Shown here one piece after another: positions 15,521-17,475 of a stretch of 17,475 nucleotides of DNA. Source of the DNA: Candidatus Thorarchaeota archaeon. GTDB taxonomy: Archaea > Asgardarchaeota > Thorarchaeia > Thorarchaeales > Thorarchaeaceae. Position numbers and translations under genes: made by a program. Each line of letters opens with the position of its first letter. Positions within the stretch are counted from its first letter, which is position 1. The DNA is taken from NCBI GenBank assembly GCA_003345545.1, contig PRDH01000029.1, positions 1 to 17,475 on the forward strand. The letters are read 5' to 3'. The notes under the pieces are model-generated. The model saw only the letters and a program-made list of their open reading frames with translations, ran no database searches and was not told the origin of the DNA.

Positions 15521-16105
15521 ATGACAGACCCCGATGAATCCTATCCCGTAAACACCATCCCTGCACTCGCCTGGGCACTGGACCTGTACTTCAAAGCTGG
15601 AGGTGCTTTCAAGGAAGGCGGTGTAGTCGAGCTTGTGTTTCCTGCTGGCAATCACAAGGAAGTCATGAGAAAGAAGGGAGAGCATGAGAATATCCTCTGG
15701 ATGTCAAAGAAGAATCTCTATGTGAGAGCTCGGTGCAACTACGATAAGGGATGCAGCTTCAACTCTGAGAGAATCGACGGCGGAAACAGAGAGGCTCTGA
15801 AAGGTCTGTCATGGGACCAATCAAATGACCGTGCCTTCTTCATCGCCGTGCGAAAATGGTTGATTCGATTGAAGTTCGACTTTGTCACTCTCATCCGTGC
15901 TCTGAATACAATGTGCGACAAACGGGTTGAGTTACCGCTGACCACCAAGTATGGCCGCTCGTTCAAGAAGTTCGATGAATATCGCAAGAACAAGTGGCCC
16001 GAAGACGCAACACCCGACAACAGGGATAGATTTCTCGAAGAGGTTCTCGTTCGGGTGTCTTTCTGGATACAATCTGCAGCCCAAGTCAACGCTCTCAAGG
16101 ACTGA
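15521..16105 (+). CDS. Hypothetical soluble protein (194 aa)
   Basis: Clean ORF with globular-like composition, co-directional with its neighbours. No motif recognised. Confidence 0.8.
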   Translation: MTDPDESYPVNTIPALAWALDLYFKAGGAFKEGGVVELVFPAGNHKEVMRKKGEHENILWMSKKNLYVRARCNYDKGCSFNSERIDGGNREALKGLSWDQSNDRAFFIAVRKWLIRLKFDFVTLIRALNTMCDKRVELPLTTKYGRSFKKFDEYRKNKWPEDATPDNRDRFLEEVLVRVSFWIQSAAQVNALKD

Positions 16106-16160
16106 ATACAACTACTTTAGAGGTGGGTTGTCTTACTAGCGATGCAGGAGTCTTGTAGCT

Positions 16161-17291
16161 GTGTTATACCTTGGTCTTCTTGTCAATCCGATTGCGGGGA
16201 TGGGTGGTCGTGTCGGCCTCAAAGGGACTGATGGTGTTGTTGAAGAGGCAATTAGCCTTGGAGCGACTCCTGTGGCACCAGTTCGAGCAATGGAGTTCTT
16301 ACAGGCTCTGGCTCCCCTTGTCCAAGGCAACCCACGACTGGATCTGATTGTCTGTCCTCTCCAGATGGGAGAGGATGTCAGCCAAGAGATGGGTTTGGAG
16401 CACAAAGTAGTCGATCTCAAGATAAGTGACACGACCAGCTCTGAGGACACGCGTCAGTGTACTCTTGCGCTCTACAAGGCGGGAGTTCGTCTCTTGGTCT
16501 TTGTTGGAGGCGATGGCACAGCACGCGACATCCTAGATGCGATTATGGCGGAAGGTCTCGATGACCTTCTCGTGCTGGGTGTTCCGTCTGGAGTGAAGAT
16601 GTACAGCGGCATCTTCGTTGTGAATCCTACGGATGCAGCAGAGGTCGTCAATCTTGTTCTTGATGGAGGGGCAGGGACCGCAGACTTTGAAATCATGGAC
16701 GCTGATGAGGAGGCATATCGCGAGGACCGTTTCGTCATCCGTCTCTATGGCTACATGAAGGGGCCATCAGTTCCAGCCCGATTCCAGGGAGCCAAACAAG
16801 CCAGTCCTGAAACCATCGATGAGCACGAGGCACAGGTGGCCATTGCCAACTACATCATTGACCAGATGGTTCCTCAAGGAACCTATATCCTGGGACCCGG
16901 CACCACAGTGAAGACAGTGACCGATCTCTTGGGTGTCAAGAAGACAATCCTTGGAGTAGATGTCTATCAAAGACGTATCATGCACAATGATGTGAGCGAG
17001 ACCCAGATTATCGAGTTAGTCGATGACTTCAGCATGACATGGATCATTGTATCTCCCATCGGGCATCAGGGAATGCTCTTTGGTCGTGGCAATCAGCAGA
17101 TCAGTCCTGGCATCATCGAGCGTGTTGGTCGTGAGCATATCATTGTGATCTCAACGCTCTCAAAGCTCAAGGGAATTGAGAGTGAGACTCTCAAGGTGGA
17201 CACTGGCGACTCACTGGTAGATGAAGTGCTGAGAGGATACATCAGAGTCGTTACAGACTACAACGAAGTGCGACTAGTTCGCGTGGAGTAA
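16161..17291 (+). CDS. ATP-NAD kinase family protein (COG3199-like)
   Basis: VNPIAGMGGRVGLKGTDG, GGDGTARD, GVPSGVKMYS, GPGTT, LGVD and GRGNQQIS. GTG start preceded by GGAG. Confidence 0.88.
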   Translation: MLYLGLLVNPIAGMGGRVGLKGTDGVVEEAISLGATPVAPVRAMEFLQALAPLVQGNPRLDLIVCPLQMGEDVSQEMGLEHKVVDLKISDTTSSEDTRQCTLALYKAGVRLLVFVGGDGTARDILDAIMAEGLDDLLVLGVPSGVKMYSGIFVVNPTDAAEVVNLVLDGGAGTADFEIMDADEEAYREDRFVIRLYGYMKGPSVPARFQGAKQASPETIDEHEAQVAIANYIIDQMVPQGTYILGPGTTVKTVTDLLGVKKTILGVDVYQRRIMHNDVSETQIIELVDDFSMTWIIVSPIGHQGMLFGRGNQQISPGIIERVGREHIIVISTLSKLKGIESETLKVDTGDSLVDEVLRGYIRVVTDYNEVRLVRVE

Positions 17292-17302
17292 GGGATGACT
17301 GA

Positions 17303-17475
17303 ATGATTGTTTTACTTACTGATTTCGGTGAGTCTGAGTATGTGGGTGTGATGAAGGGCGTCATTCTCAGCATCGACAGTGATGCCCGCATAGTTGACCT
17401 TACACACTCCATCTCTCCTCAGTCCGTGCGTGAGGCAGCTTGGGTCCTGCTGAAGTCCTACAAGTACTTCCCCAG
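17303..17475 (+). CDS. SAM hydrolase / SAM-dependent chlorinase-fluorinase family protein (DUF62); N-terminal part, runs off the right edge
   Basis: Not in the ORF track. Manual translation gives MIVLLTDFGESEYVGVMKGVILSIDSDARIVDLTHSISPQSVREAAWVLLKSYKYFP, with the family motifs LTDFG, YVGVMKGVI, DLTH and YFP. Confidence 0.9.
   Translation, partial: MIVLLTDFGESEYVGVMKGVILSIDSDARIVDLTHSISPQSVREAAWVLLKSYKYFP

Noticed and set aside
1-17475. CRISPR arrays, tRNA/rRNA genes, transposases or integrases
   Set aside because: None seen. Intergenic gaps are short and lack spaced repeats, cloverleaf motifs or terminal inverted repeats (by-eye inspection only).

Overview
Gene-dense archaeal chromosomal window. 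A Rab-like small GTPase together with archaeal-type TrmI, PyrF, GlmM and TATA/Shine-Dalgarno signals points to an Asgard archaeon, possibly Thorarchaeia (inference). Gene order: truncated helical hypothetical (-), coiled-coil/winged-HTH regulator (-), small hypothetical (-), trmI (-), HerA/FtsK-family ATPase (+), conserved archaeal small protein (+), polytopic membrane protein (-), pyrF (+), class I PLP aminotransferase (+), a bacillithiol-type cluster bshC-bshA (-) / bshB (+), a 128-aa coiled-coil/Pro-rich/basic-helix protein (-), glmM-type phosphohexomutase (-), Rab-like GTPase (+), hypothetical (+), ATP-NAD kinase-like protein (+), and the start of a DUF62 SAM hydrolase/halogenase-family gene (+). 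Two things stand out. (1) The 128-aa protein resembles a miniature WAVE/WASH/VASP-type actin regulator. (2) There is an apparently complete bacillithiol pathway in an archaeon, with a Cys4 insertion in BshC and a non-canonical BshB active-site motif. No rRNA, tRNA, CRISPR array or mobile element was recognised. All family assignments come from motif recognition by eye; no searches were run.
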